Positions 13,180-24,759 of a stretch of DNA of 64,000 bases are shown here, piece by piece. A program made the position numbers and the translations under genes. Under the pieces are notes generated by a model. It did no database searches. It saw nothing but the letters and a program-made list of their open reading frames with translations, and was not told the DNA's origin. The stretch is taken from assembly GCA_002633005.1 (NCBI GenBank), contig NMRA01000386.1, forward strand, positions 85,373 through 149,372. The letters run 5' to 3'. The DNA comes from Phoronis australis. Lineage: Eukaryota; Animalia; Phoronida. Position 1 is the stretch's first letter. The number at the start of each line of letters is the position of its first letter.

Positions 13180-13963
13180 CTGTTTAAAGAAGGCGAATGA
13201 ATGTGCGTTCCCTTGCTAAATAGCTCACTTGCATGTTTCCAGTTATTCAATGTGACGTCACCGGAAGTAGGGCAAAACCTGCCATATTGAGTTACAGTTA
13301 AGTCTCACATAATTTTGCAATATTGTTATTAAGTTGCAAAATGACTATTACCTAAACCATATTCGTGATGCCAAATCAGTCACTCTAGTGTAAGTTTACA
13401 ATAACTGCCCACGGTGTCTTCTTAAAAGTTGCTGTAAGAACAAGAGCCTCTGAACATGTCCAACAAGCTAATTCGGAATATCGTATCCCAGATAAGACCT
13501 GTTGTATTCATATGAATAGTTTGGGCATAATGATCTTGTGCACTTTCCTCCAGCATTTCGTAGGAAGTGTTCTTTAAATTGTTGGACATTTACACGAAGG
13601 GCTACTATCAAAAATATGGCTTTTACGATTCTCATGGAAAATTGCATGCATGAAAACAAATGATAATATTTTTAAAAAGAATGTAAAAATGCTTTTGAGA
13701 TTTCATATTTAACTTAAAATCCAGCCGTGCTATTAATGCTGCTGTTTTGCCACCAGCGTACTTTTCCTTTGCTAAATTATATTAAAATACACGGTCACGT
13801 AACCCAATTAATGGACTGTTGGGAAAAAGTCAAACAATTAAGTTGCGTACAAGAATCATGGCATTCAGCAATTGATGGCTACTTGCTATTTAATATAGAC
13901 AACTACGACATACGCTTTAAAGATTACGCAATCAATTGTTCTCACGGTGAACTTGTTACATAA

Positions 13964-14401
13964 GTGCCGTTTACACTACAAAAGTTGACACGGATCAGCT
14001 GACACGTAACGAGTTGTTCCCTTGCATGTATGTGTGTAAACGGGACTGAACTGGAGCAGACTGACGTCGCGGTGACAACTTTTACCACCCGTTTGTGAGG
14101 TAGAACAATTTGCTCTCGATCACCTTGCTTCTAGTCAATCATACGTCTAAACGCGAAACAGGGGCAAGGCTGAAAGGATCATCTCTACTGCGCTTGCGTA
14201 ATGACCTACATACGGGTTCTTTGTCTGTTGCAACTCTCGTCATTTGTAAGTCTGCGCAAAGTACGATCCAGTTTCTCCAGCCTGCAATTTCCGTCTTGCC
14301 ACAGTTAGTGAGTTGTGTGTATAGGGACCCTTGACATCGATCAATTTGCTCCATGCTCCGTGCCACTTTTGCCGGGCAAAAAGTTGATGTCTAAACGGGA
14401 C
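13964..14401. mobile_element. Probable PIF/Harbinger-type MITE
   Basis: Imperfect TIR GTGCCGTTTACAC / TGTCTAAACGGGAC; flanks TAA and TAT (TWA-like); an internal inverted copy of the end sits at ~14032. Confidence 0.45.
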
Positions 14402-16088
14402 TATATATCAGAAAATGTTTGCGTGTTTATTAAGAATATATTCTACACAATTTTAAAATGTAACAAGACACACAGCATAAATATGTCTACTGCACTCATT
14501 AAAAATCCCTCAACTCCCTACATACATGTGTTTTAGATGAGTTTACGCGTGTCATAAGTAGATTGAGTACAGATAGCAAGAATATATATTGTTGCTGGTG
14601 ATATAAACGTTGATCTAACAAAATTTATCAAAATACGCATAATTTCCAATCTTTTTGTCATAGAAATGTACATATGTATCACTGATCGACACAAACGTAT
14701 CACCTCTTAGTTTAATCCTGACTCCAATAACTATCTTATGACACCATCAGGAACCCATTTAGAACGGAAAAAACTTAAGATGGGGCAGTCTTTTGCCACA
14801 GGAAACTTACCTTACGGTGACCGGTTCGAATTTCAAATAACAGAATTTCACAGTTGTATCTATTAGACACAACACATGTCGCATCAAGAAATCCTCATGA
14901 TACTGTTTAGTGACACTATCAACTTCTCTAACTGATCACAATTATGATACATCAACACCAAAATATGCATCACTGAAATACTTTTAAATCTAACCACTTT
15001 CCCACAAATCCCAAAAAGAATAAGACCACTTGTATATTCCAAAGAATGAGAAGAATTTCACATCAAAGAACATATCACCTACAAAAGCAAATGCTTTAAC
15101 AAATGCAATCATAAGCTTAAGCCATGGATAACACAAAGTCTTCCCGTTTCTATAAAACCTATATATAAACAGATTATACAGCTAGCCCACTTCTTAAGGA
15201 ACGAATTCAAAGAGGAGCTTAAAACCTCCGGTAAAATTAGTTTATCAAAAAACGACAATTCATTGTCGGTCATGTCACAACACACCACAAAGTTTGTTTA
15301 AAAAAATTCGTGATTACGTTTAGGTACATGTAGAGTAAACCAGAGGAATTTGACAAAATTAGAAGCTAAATAGTGTGCTCATTTAACGCAGACGAACTTG
15401 TTTTTTTCTGTTTTGATTGAGAATTGTCTTGTACCAGGATCAGACACTATTGGAGTTGACTTGAGTAGTTGATCAGGATTACACTTCTCTGAAATTATTA
15501 TTGTTGCTTCAAAAGAACTATAAACATTAGTCATTTGTGTAGCACTGCACATGGAAATTTTCTAATCACATCGAGGTCAAAATCCATGACGTCGACAGTA
15601 AGCTAACCAATACCTCGCTAGTGCTCGAAACTTGTCCGCTTAAGGACGCTAATCTCGCACCTGGGGCAAATGGCATTTTTCAACACTTGGAAAGACGTTT
15701 TGATGGCCGAAGTATTTGTTCGAGTGGGGGAGTATTTAAAGACATTGATGGTCTCCTTGGTGGTGTCTTTCTGTGCTCAAAAAGTACGTAAAGCGGTAAA
15801 GTGACTTTCATAGTTTAGCCAGTGTGTGGCATAATTTGCCAGAAAACTTCTGGCGCATGGAACATCAATGGGAATGACGCCATCAGCGCCAGCTTTGTCC
15901 AGTTGAGACACTAGTACTTTTTAACACCTGCCGTACTAATCAGCAATTTATAAAAAAATTGTTTTGACATCAACCACTCTCATGCTACATGCATTATTGC
16001 AGCCTGTTGAATTGCAGTGCTAGAACCTACTATAAGAGATCATTTTCAACCGCCGCGAAAGATTAGAAATGTTGAATTCTGGAAGTAC

Positions 16089-16211
16089 CTGTTCTGACGC
16101 TATCCACCGTGTTACAGTCACCAGTAAGGAACCGAGGACATTTACACACACATTGGCCGTTAGTTGTCTTGAAAGGGTAACCATGGTTATGACACGTGTT
16201 GTTACATCCAC
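16089..16211 (-). CDS. Astacin exon 7: EGF-like domain
   Basis: Acceptor cgttccag|GT, donor ACAG|gtactt; 123 nt, phase 1/1. Translates GGCNNTCHNHGYPFKTTNGQCVCKCPRFLTGDCNTVDSVRT, with six cysteines. Confidence 0.9.
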
Positions 16212-16507
16212 CTGGAACGATATTAGCGGCAGCCATTTCAGTAGAGGATTGAAAATGAACTTAACTTAACAATATGTAAAGTGTACTGGATTCTTTAACG
16301 TGAAGTCCGACGTCTATTGCCAGTGAAATCAAAACGTTGAGAAGACATTATTCAAATCTTCTTATCAACACTACTATTTTACGTGGCGTACTGTATAGAA
16401 TATATCCATACAAACATTGATGTTATCAATTGGAGTTGGTCTTTCATTAATAAATCATTTTATTTCTATTTTACAAGCGTTGTATTATTTCTGTCAAATG
16501 TACAGAC

Positions 16508-16634
16508 CGGAGCAGTTGTACATAATATTGGCCAGTTTTGCGTCGTAAAACGTCAGGTCATTACGGCTTCCGGGCAAAAAGGACAGCTCCTGTCGTTTCA
16601 CTTTAATGGTTGGCTTTCTATCTCTTGAGAATGT
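16508..16634 (-). CDS. Astacin exon 6: C-terminal end of catalytic domain
   Basis: Acceptor atcttgtag|ACA, donor G|gtctgt; 127 nt, phase 0/1. Translates TFSRDRKPTIKVKRQELSFLPGSRNDLTFYDAKLANIMYNCS, matching FS...TI...G.R..L...D...N.MY.C. Confidence 0.93.
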
Positions 16635-17180
16635 CTACAAGATTCAAACAAGAATGCAACCATGATGTGCGTATATACTGACATCGTAATTTGCATAACA
16701 CCCGTTTTACAGATCTGATCAAAAAATAAAGCAAAAGCAAGTAATTGTCAACCGGCAGGTATATAATCAAGCGATTTGATAATTTAAAATTGTCTGGCAC
16801 AATTGTGTTAGTTAGAATTAGCTAACACAATGTACTCTCCTAATCTGGTGCCATTAAAGAGTATCGGTAGGCACTTATACCTGGCATGCATTGTGCTTAT
16901 ATTTTTGCTTATACCTGAACTACCAAGGTAAAGGAAAAACAGCAATTTATTGTGTTACAACACCAATGATTAGGATACAGAGACCTGTTCACAACTGTTT
17001 TTGGATCGATGCATCGAAATTGTCGTTTATAGTAGAATGTGAATGGATAAATGTATATGTGTATATATGTATGTATGTAAGCAAGTATTCATGCATGCTG
17101 GGATGTTTTGTATGTATATTACAATGACTTAACACTTGGGTCCATAGAGAGACACTGTGAAAGTAATCATCAATACTTAC

Positions 17181-17372
17181 TCTCAACCCGTAGTGCATAA
17201 TACTCTCAAGGTCATACTCAACGGCTACTGACGTCTTCTGCTTGAGAAACTGTATTTGTTTTCCGTCGGCAATGTTTCGCCATAGAATCTCTATGAAATT
17301 GTCCCTGTCACTTCTTGCCTGCTCGTGGTGGAACCCAATGGCGTGTCCTATTTCGTGCACAATAGTTCCTAC
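17181..17372 (-). CDS. Astacin exon 5: zinc-binding motif and Met-turn
   Basis: Acceptor attttcag|GTA, donor AGA|gtaagt; 192 nt, phase 0/0. Translates VGTIVHEIGHAIGFHHEQARSDRD...YDLESIMHYGLR, containing HExxHxxGxxHE and the SxMHY Met-turn. Confidence 0.97.
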
Positions 17373-17849
17373 CTGAAAATAAAACACGTAAAATGTGAAA
17401 AAAACATCATGCATTATCTTGTTCTTGAAACTGTTCTTTAATGAAAAAAGCATTTACATGTTCATTGCTACAAACGAATAGACTTGAGTGATACTTAATG
17501 AACTGTTACGTTTGCCTGTTTGCTTTTATTAACTTTAAAGGCTCTGGTTTTGAATATCACCGCTAGGATTAATATATTTGCCTTTTTGTAGTATCATAAG
17601 AACACATACATGTAAACATCGTCTATTTTCAGCAAATATTTAATTTATGTATCATTGTGTGTGCACGATCACATGTAAATCTCCATCGCAAGTGATGAAT
17701 GTGTGCACCAAAGATATCACATAAACAGGGCGGCCACCACTGATGAAGCACACGTTGTCAATATGACGCCATTTTGGAGAGTGCTACTCTCAACAACAAG
17801 AGGAACGCACAGCGTTGAAATGCGCCGCGAATGAAACGCAAACGGTGTG

Positions 17850-18680
17850 CTTATAGGGGTGTTTATTTGTATCATAAAAATGGCCACTAGGTGTCGCAAA
17901 ATACCTCGAATTCAACCGAAAACCAGAAAATAGTGTCACCTGACTAATAGATGCTTATTTGATAAATTTTATAAAAATCATTTGAGAACCTTTGACGATA
18001 CAGCGGTAAACGCAAAAAAAAAAGCCACTAGGGGGCACACTGATAATCCAACCCTTTCGAAAGATGTCGTACTCTGCTTTCAACTTCATATAAGTACACC
18101 AGCAAAATTCAACAAAAAAACTGTTGAGCACTTAGGAGATACAGCCATGGGCGCAAAAACAAACAAATTTGCCACTAGGAGGCGCCATAGCAATCAAACT
18201 CCTCGGAAAACCATCGTCAGCCGCCCTCTTTACAGTAAGAACATATATACCAATTTTCAAAATCATCCCTAGAGCACTTTGGTTTATAGAATGGCGGACG
18301 CCGAAAACAGACTCGAAAACAGTAAAAACGACCACTAGATGGCGCAAAGTACCTTCATTCAGTCCGAAAACAAAAGGATGGCATCATCTCACTAGTAGAC
18401 GCCTAACTGCCAAATTTCATGAAAATCCGTGGAGGAACTCCAAATATACAGACGTAAGCGTAAAAAATTAAAATTGACACTAGGGGGCACATCGGTAGTC
18501 AGAGAGGTCCAAAATTCGTCGCCATCTGTCGGCAGCTTCATAAGTGCACATCTGCAAAATCTCATTAAGATCCTGTGAGGGGTTCAGGAGATACAACTGC
18601 GGACGTCGGACACCGGACGCCCGGACCCCCAGACAGAGATGACGGCAATATGTGGCGGAAAAAAGTGGGGGCTACTCGAC
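17850..18680 (-). mobile_element. Helentron/HINE-like non-autonomous element with internal tandem repeats (copy 1)
   Basis: Reverse-complement homologue of 51118-52625. Has a (CGGAC)-type microsatellite tract at ~18600-18630 and ~145-bp internal repeats, each containing CCACTAG. Confidence 0.65.
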
Positions 18681-20354
18681 ATCAGTTACAAAATCTGGGG
18701 GGCTCACAGTGAAATGCCTACAGCCAAAAAGTTGAGTTTCTTGGTCCTGCCATTGAGGCATGGGTTTTGTGGTTCGGCCATGGAGCTTAGTGGTGCGGCC
18801 ACTGAGTTTTTTTGTGTTTTGCCACCAAGCGGTGTGACCACGTCTTGTTTCCACCACAGTCTTCAGTGGTGATTGAGAACATATAAATAATTATTGACCA
18901 GCATATATGTACATGTATGCTGTTATCCAATGATGATGCTGTTTGTCAATGGTACTTAAGTAAATATTTGGTATTAATGACTCTATATGTATTTTAGTTG
19001 TACAGAAAATCATCTGCATGCCCGAACTTACCCGCCAGCCATGCAAATCACTGAAACTACATGTAAGTGAATAATGTATTCTTTACCGAAATATGTAAAA
19101 ACTCAGTTCTTAATATGTATTCCAAAATCAGATGTTTTCTGTTGTAGCAAAAGAATAAATAATCTGCACTCATGTCGAAGTTGAAATTGGAAAGTCTGTA
19201 GATTCGCACTGCTTAATTACGAGCTCTTTGTTTTGTGACTCAAAATTTGCGCAAACGGTAAAGTGTATAGTAACGAAAATATCAAAACTGTACGACTGAA
19301 TTGTGCACCCTATCTATACCCAAAATACAGAATTTCCCACTCGAAAACCAGTGGAAATATACATGTATCCAACCGACCCGGTGTAACATTAAAGAATTAC
19401 CCCGTGAAAAACGACCCAGTTACTTTTTTCACAAGGTATAAATTTAATTTGAAGAATGTACAAGCCATTAAAAACACGACTTCACGTCCATGAAAACCTG
19501 TCCCGTTATTATTTAACGGTTCCCCCGGAACAGGGGTTGGGATAAGCAGACATGATACCTGCAATTGGCTATCTTTCAACCGAATGTTCGATAAACAGAT
19601 GTTTATGTTTGGGATGACCTGATAGGCGAGACAAGAGAAATCTTGCTTTTTCAGTGTATGCCTTAATTTGGGAGAGAAAGTACTGAATGGCGTGCAGATC
19701 AGGAATATTACGTGTGGGAGCTGGGCTGAAGTGAAAACAATCATTATTTTTTTAACAATCCTGGCCATTTTTACACTGCTCGTGCCAGGATATAATATAA
19801 TATCTGACTTGCTGTATGAATCCAAAATACTTAGCCACATGTTAAGAATCTTGCGATCGCAGTCACGTTTTCTTACTATCAAAGAATTTAGACCCCATTA
19901 AAATCGACCCGGGTCATATTTCAATATTACCAAGTTACCCGTGGTCATTTTTCAATACTGAAAAGGTGTATTGTGGCACCACGAAAATACGCACCACTCC
20001 AGTGAGCGGCACGTCTTCTGGAAATACTGTATTTGCTTCAAGCGACACAAATTAAATGATAAATTTCCGTGACCTTACTGGTTTCTCTTTAAAATAAAAA
20101 CAAAAAAATGACAATTGTGCAGCCTCACAAGACACTCGAGAATCTGACACTGCTTGAGATATTCTATTAGTTTGATATATTCCCTGTCGACGGTGCTTTG
20201 AAAAGGACAATTTACCCCGTTTGTTTACACTGCGATTGGCCGTGTCACGTGACTAGTAGCACTATCCAATGTATGGCATCAAGTAGTCAGCTGCAGTAGC
20301 GCGTGTGCCCGGTCTACAGCATTAAGATGTCTATGGTGTGGACATAGTACTTAC

Positions 20355-20430
20355 ACTCGTACAACCACCTTCCTGCAACGTTATGTCTTGTGGCATTGGC
20401 GACGTGTAGCGTCCAATGGCTGAACTACAT
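20355..20430 (-). CDS. Astacin exon 4: catalytic domain
   Basis: Acceptor ttatgtttag|A, donor AGT|gtaagt; 76 nt, phase 2/0. Translates (G)CSSAIGRYTSPMPQDITLQEGGCTS, matching the astacin GCxSxxG...Q.I.L...C segment. Confidence 0.93.
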
Positions 20431-20809
20431 CTAAACATAAAATTGTCAGGGTGATACACATGGAAGGTGACAGTGATAGCTAACCTCCAAAAATACATTC
20501 TCAGAGTAGCAAAGGAAGCGAGTTATATGAACGACAATACAATAGAAAATCGGCGGTTTCACGGCGTCATGTGAATCGTCAATGGATTTGTACAATTTAT
20601 CGGTGTTTTCAAGAAGCCTGTTGATGATGGAACGTGAGCTAAGGTCCCATAGTTTGGAGTGAAGCATTTCCAGTATTAACGACGTCTTCATGGCAATACA
20701 ACATATCTAAAAGAAATATATATATCGTGGACTAACTTTTCGTAAGTGTTGGGTCTCTGAAGTTGAATTTCTCGTAAAAATACAGAAGAATTCCACTCGA
20801 TTCAATTTT

Positions 20810-21475
20810 TTAGGTTTTGTTACTGTCTTGATCGGTCTATATCCACACTAGGAACCATAATACTGGTGTTTAAATCCACCTCATCTCGTCTTTTACATTC
20901 AATCTCACCTCGCCGGAAGGTACCACGTTAACCTGTGATTAAGGTGAGAACACGAACACCGACGTCGGTGGTTGTGCAGCTGAGCTAGCTTAGCTCTAGG
21001 AACCAACATGATTCCTAGAGCTAAGTGTGTGCCGCTATGGTGTCGTCTAACGTTTGTGCTTGTACGAACCATGAAGCTGCGAGGAAAGCGAGTGTACCGG
21101 GTTTTTTATTTTCTCGAGAGCCTGAAATGCTTCGGAAGTGGCTCCCGGCAGTAAAGAACGAAAAGTACGAAATTGATACCAAGCACGAGGTCGTGAAATA
21201 TTTTCAAAATGAATTATTCTTACCCTAACCAATGTTTAGATAAGACTGAAACAAAGTGTCATAGTCTGTCACAGTACATACAATTTCTAATGTCTCCTTA
21301 GGAGTCTTGGTGAGGATAAATGTTTTGAGAAATCAACAACGAATAAATCATACTGTGTTACCTTCTTCGGATGCAATAAACTAACTCACCGCCTGTGAGG
21401 GCATATTACTGTTGTAAAACTATAACTCGATTTTATATGCAATGGTCAAATGTTAGAGGAATCTTTATTTAGATA
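20810..21475 (+). mobile_element. Second, more deleted copy of the THAP-bearing Kolobok-like element
   Basis: Shares blocks with 8120-8440 (gtctt.atcggtctatatcc; CTNHEAARKA...REPEMLRKWLPAVKNEKY) and with 8790-8950 (gatgcaataaa...aactcgatttta...gttag.ggaatct). Confidence 0.6.
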
Positions 21476-21476
21476 T

Positions 21477-21527
<51 letters not shown>
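21476..21527. repeat. (TG)n microsatellite
   Basis: Direct reading: about 25 TG units. Confidence 0.95.
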
Positions 21528-21531
<4 letters not shown>

Positions 21532-22190
21532 AGGTGGGGGGGGGGCAACTTGATTTTTTCTGTATGGCTAGATATAACATTAAGCAGTTGATTCCTGAAA
21601 AGTTCCCACGTTTTAAGTTGCACATTTTTTTGTAGAAAAACAGCTTTTGGCGAGTCCAAATAGTTACATTATTAAACAAGAGGTAGCGCTAAATCCAACA
21701 AAAGACTAGCACAAGATGGCATTTTAGCCAATCACAAGCTCAGAAATTAAGTAACTGCAGACCTAATCTAACATGGCGGCTCCCTTAGAGATGCTGTCAA
21801 TAGATGCTGCATACACTTTCAAGCACTAAATTCATCTGATTTTGTTGAGTTTCTCGAAAGTGACATGGTCAAAGAGCATTGAGTGTGTGAAAGAATGACT
21901 TTCCTTGGAGATGAAGACAGTAATGAGCACAATGTGTGTCACCAGTCGGATGTCCAGCAACCCTGAACCTAGGCACCCAAGTATCTGCAGGCTTTGAACT
22001 GCTGTTCAAAGGCTTCGACGGTTTATGCAATACGTCTGTACCATTGTGACGGATGTGCAAGCATATTTTATTTTGATGTGGGACAGTTGAATTTGGGAGC
22101 CCAGGCTCGACAAAGTTTTAGTGTCCAACTTTTATGTTTCTTACATGGTTATGAGTCATCGCGAAATTTGTATGAAGACTATTGTTAAAA
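21528..22190 (+). mobile_element. Truncated left-end copy of the 24760-28178 TIR element
   Basis: 21528-21950 is highly similar by eye to 24800-25200 (ttttagg..gggcaacttgattttt...aacatggcggctcccttagagatgctgtcaatagatgc...). Confidence 0.75.
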
Positions 22191-22920
22191 TGCAGCTTGA
22201 TACAACTCCTTGTTGGGATCTGTTAGACCCAAAAAATCACACAGCCGCGGGTAGTTCTGCTCGTCACTTCGTCGTAAAACTTATTATTATGAAGATGTAG
22301 AGCTAACGACCAGCGGGAGAGTGCATGTAAGATCTAGCTACCTCGGTATTTGAGTTTGTGTGTTCCGCTAACTGGTCCGTCACAAAACTAATGATATGAC
22401 TTGGCCAGTTAAATATCAGGAGCATAATTAATTTATCTGAAATAGTTTTCGACGTGTTTTTAATTGACGGAGAAATACTTGCCACATTCTTAACACCAGT
22501 GACTTTTTCAGTGTTAGACGTTTTTAGCGCGATCACATGAGTGTGGAAAAGTTCCGTCAGGGCGAGTGCGAATTAAATGTACACTCCTTACTCTTGAGGT
22601 CATCTTAAAGTTCACACGTTTTAAAATGAGATTAAATCGTGCAAGGTCTTGCAGCCTTCCGTATGACATGTGGCTAACAATAGTTACTTTAACATTGTAT
22701 CGCAAGACACTTAGTCTGTTTAGAAGGGCCGAGCACAACTTCCTGGTGCTGTGGCTAGGATGTACAAATGATGCATAATTACTTGCTTCTTGGTGGAATA
22801 AGTTAAATCGACATCAAATATACATTCTATTCAGATTCAGGCTTTTTGCCGGTTTAAAAATCGTCAAGAAACAGATGTTTCGTGTCTTTCATCTATGAAA
22901 AATTCTTAACAACTATTTAC

Positions 22921-23132
22921 CCAGTTCCCTTCCCTATCAGCACATGGTTTGCGTCAGTGTTCCTGTACGGGAATCGTAGACATGTCCGGTTTTGCCAGTG
23001 GTAGATAGCTTCCCAAACTCTGTCACGATACTTCTGGAAGGAAAATTTGCGCGAAGGATCAAAGTACCACGGTACAATGCCATTCGGCCACAATTCGTGT
23101 GAGCTGGTGACGATCTTCCTTTTGGAGATTTT
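22921..23132 (-). CDS. Astacin exon 3: activation site and N-terminal catalytic domain
   Basis: Acceptor tttcgttacag|AAA, donor GG|gtaaat; 212 nt, phase 0/2. Translates KISKRKIVTSSHELWPNGIVPWYFD...EAIYHWQNRTCLRFPY...GKGTG, with the typical astacin WPxGxVP and W...TCxRF motifs. Confidence 0.93.
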
Positions 23133-24759
23133 CTGTAACGAAACAGTACAAGGTGGTTTGAATTAATCATCGCATCAAATCTGTTTGTAAATGATCAAAT
23201 CATGTTTGCATTTTGACTGAACCACGCTACCAGTATCGAAGAACCACTGAACAGTACTACGCGGACAGACACACGTATACATGTAACTGACAGTCAAATT
23301 GAAGGCCGGGAATACACCAAATTGAACACAGACTACGGCTCCGTGGCAACAAACTCTCTCAATAGTCTCGCAATGATTGACACGTGTTCATGACCAACCG
23401 GAGAGTAATGCAAAACGCCTGCTGGATTGTTTGTCTAGGCTGTCTTTGACTGAGGGAGCAATGAGTTTTCAAAAACTTGATCTTTCTATACAAATAATAA
23501 AAACTCCAATACCCCAGTACCCCTCACAGACTCAAAAGAGAACAATTTTGGATAGCTAAGCGCAATGAACCTAATGAATTGAACATACAAACTTCTTAAA
23601 TCATATCCTTCAGTTTGTTCCGCAACAATGTATCATATTTATTACGCCACGAATTAAATGTCAATTGTCACATAGCGTTTGATTTTACTTTATTTCTGTC
23701 TCTGTTAACAAAGGATGTTGTTATATCTGAAAATTTCAGTTGATCCGTTATTGTTGTTTTATTTACCTATATATATTCTACATTTCGTCAAACAATAGTT
23801 TCCTTGAGAAGATCTGGATCGCCTTATTTAGTTTCAGGTTTATTTTCCACGTTATTTTTCAAAAACTTTTTGAATTCCTTCGTAGAACCTGTAGTACGTC
23901 GATTTCACTTGAATCCGAATGAATGCCGGCTAACGGATTAAAGTACTCGAAAAGTAATGTCTCTGTATTGGCAGTAATGAACAACTATTCCAACTATCTT
24001 TTGGAGTTTAAGTTTAACTCATAAACCATGATAGCTATCTCTGAAATGAAGCAAAACACGAATTAATTCCGAGAATTCTTGGGGGCCCTTGGTGTTGAAT
24101 AGGGATCTGCACAGAACACTATTGTGTGCGGGTGTGAATTGCAGCTGTGTGAATTAAAAGGTGTTTCTCGCAGTGATGCAGACAAAAACAAGCCAATACA
24201 CCCTACAGTTCATTACATTTGGCAGTTTATGGCACCAGTTCATGGGTTCAGAGCGATGCTCTTAACATATCTCATGTAGGAACCAAATTTACAGTTGTCA
24301 CCATTGAAGATAGGCTTTCATGTTCCACCGCTTGAACATCAAGAATCTGCCAACCTGCCTTCGGCCGGGTAATTGCTTATATTTTTCTGTTTTGATAAGC
24401 AATGATTAAATTTGGTTCCTGGTTTACATGTTTAGGTGCCTACGAAAATCAACATTTTCATAATTAGCTGATTTTCTGAAAAGAAGAACCTAATTGTGTA
24501 AGAATTGATGAATGTTTCAGTGAACTTAAAAAAATAATTGCAACCAGTCTGATACACCATAGACGATAGTACACGGGCCGCCAAATGAATTCCGTTCTCT
24601 TACAGAAGCAATGACGTCATTGTTCACAAGTCACACCTGCCTCTTGTTCATTAACGCTAGGACATCGCTGAAAAGCAAGACTTCGTGAGATCACGCGAGA
24701 TTTTGCCTTGTATTATAAATGAGAACACGTGACTTTGGCTAGATTTTAGCTAGGTCTTA

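Noticed and set aside
14700-15180. Possible Penelope GIY-YIG remnant (EFHIKEHITYKSK)
   Set aside because: A single short resemblance in very decayed sequence; not enough to call.
16989-17453. 154-aa ORF as a complete gene
   Set aside because: Only 17181-17372 is astacin-like and it is bounded by splice sites; the rest is intron read-through.
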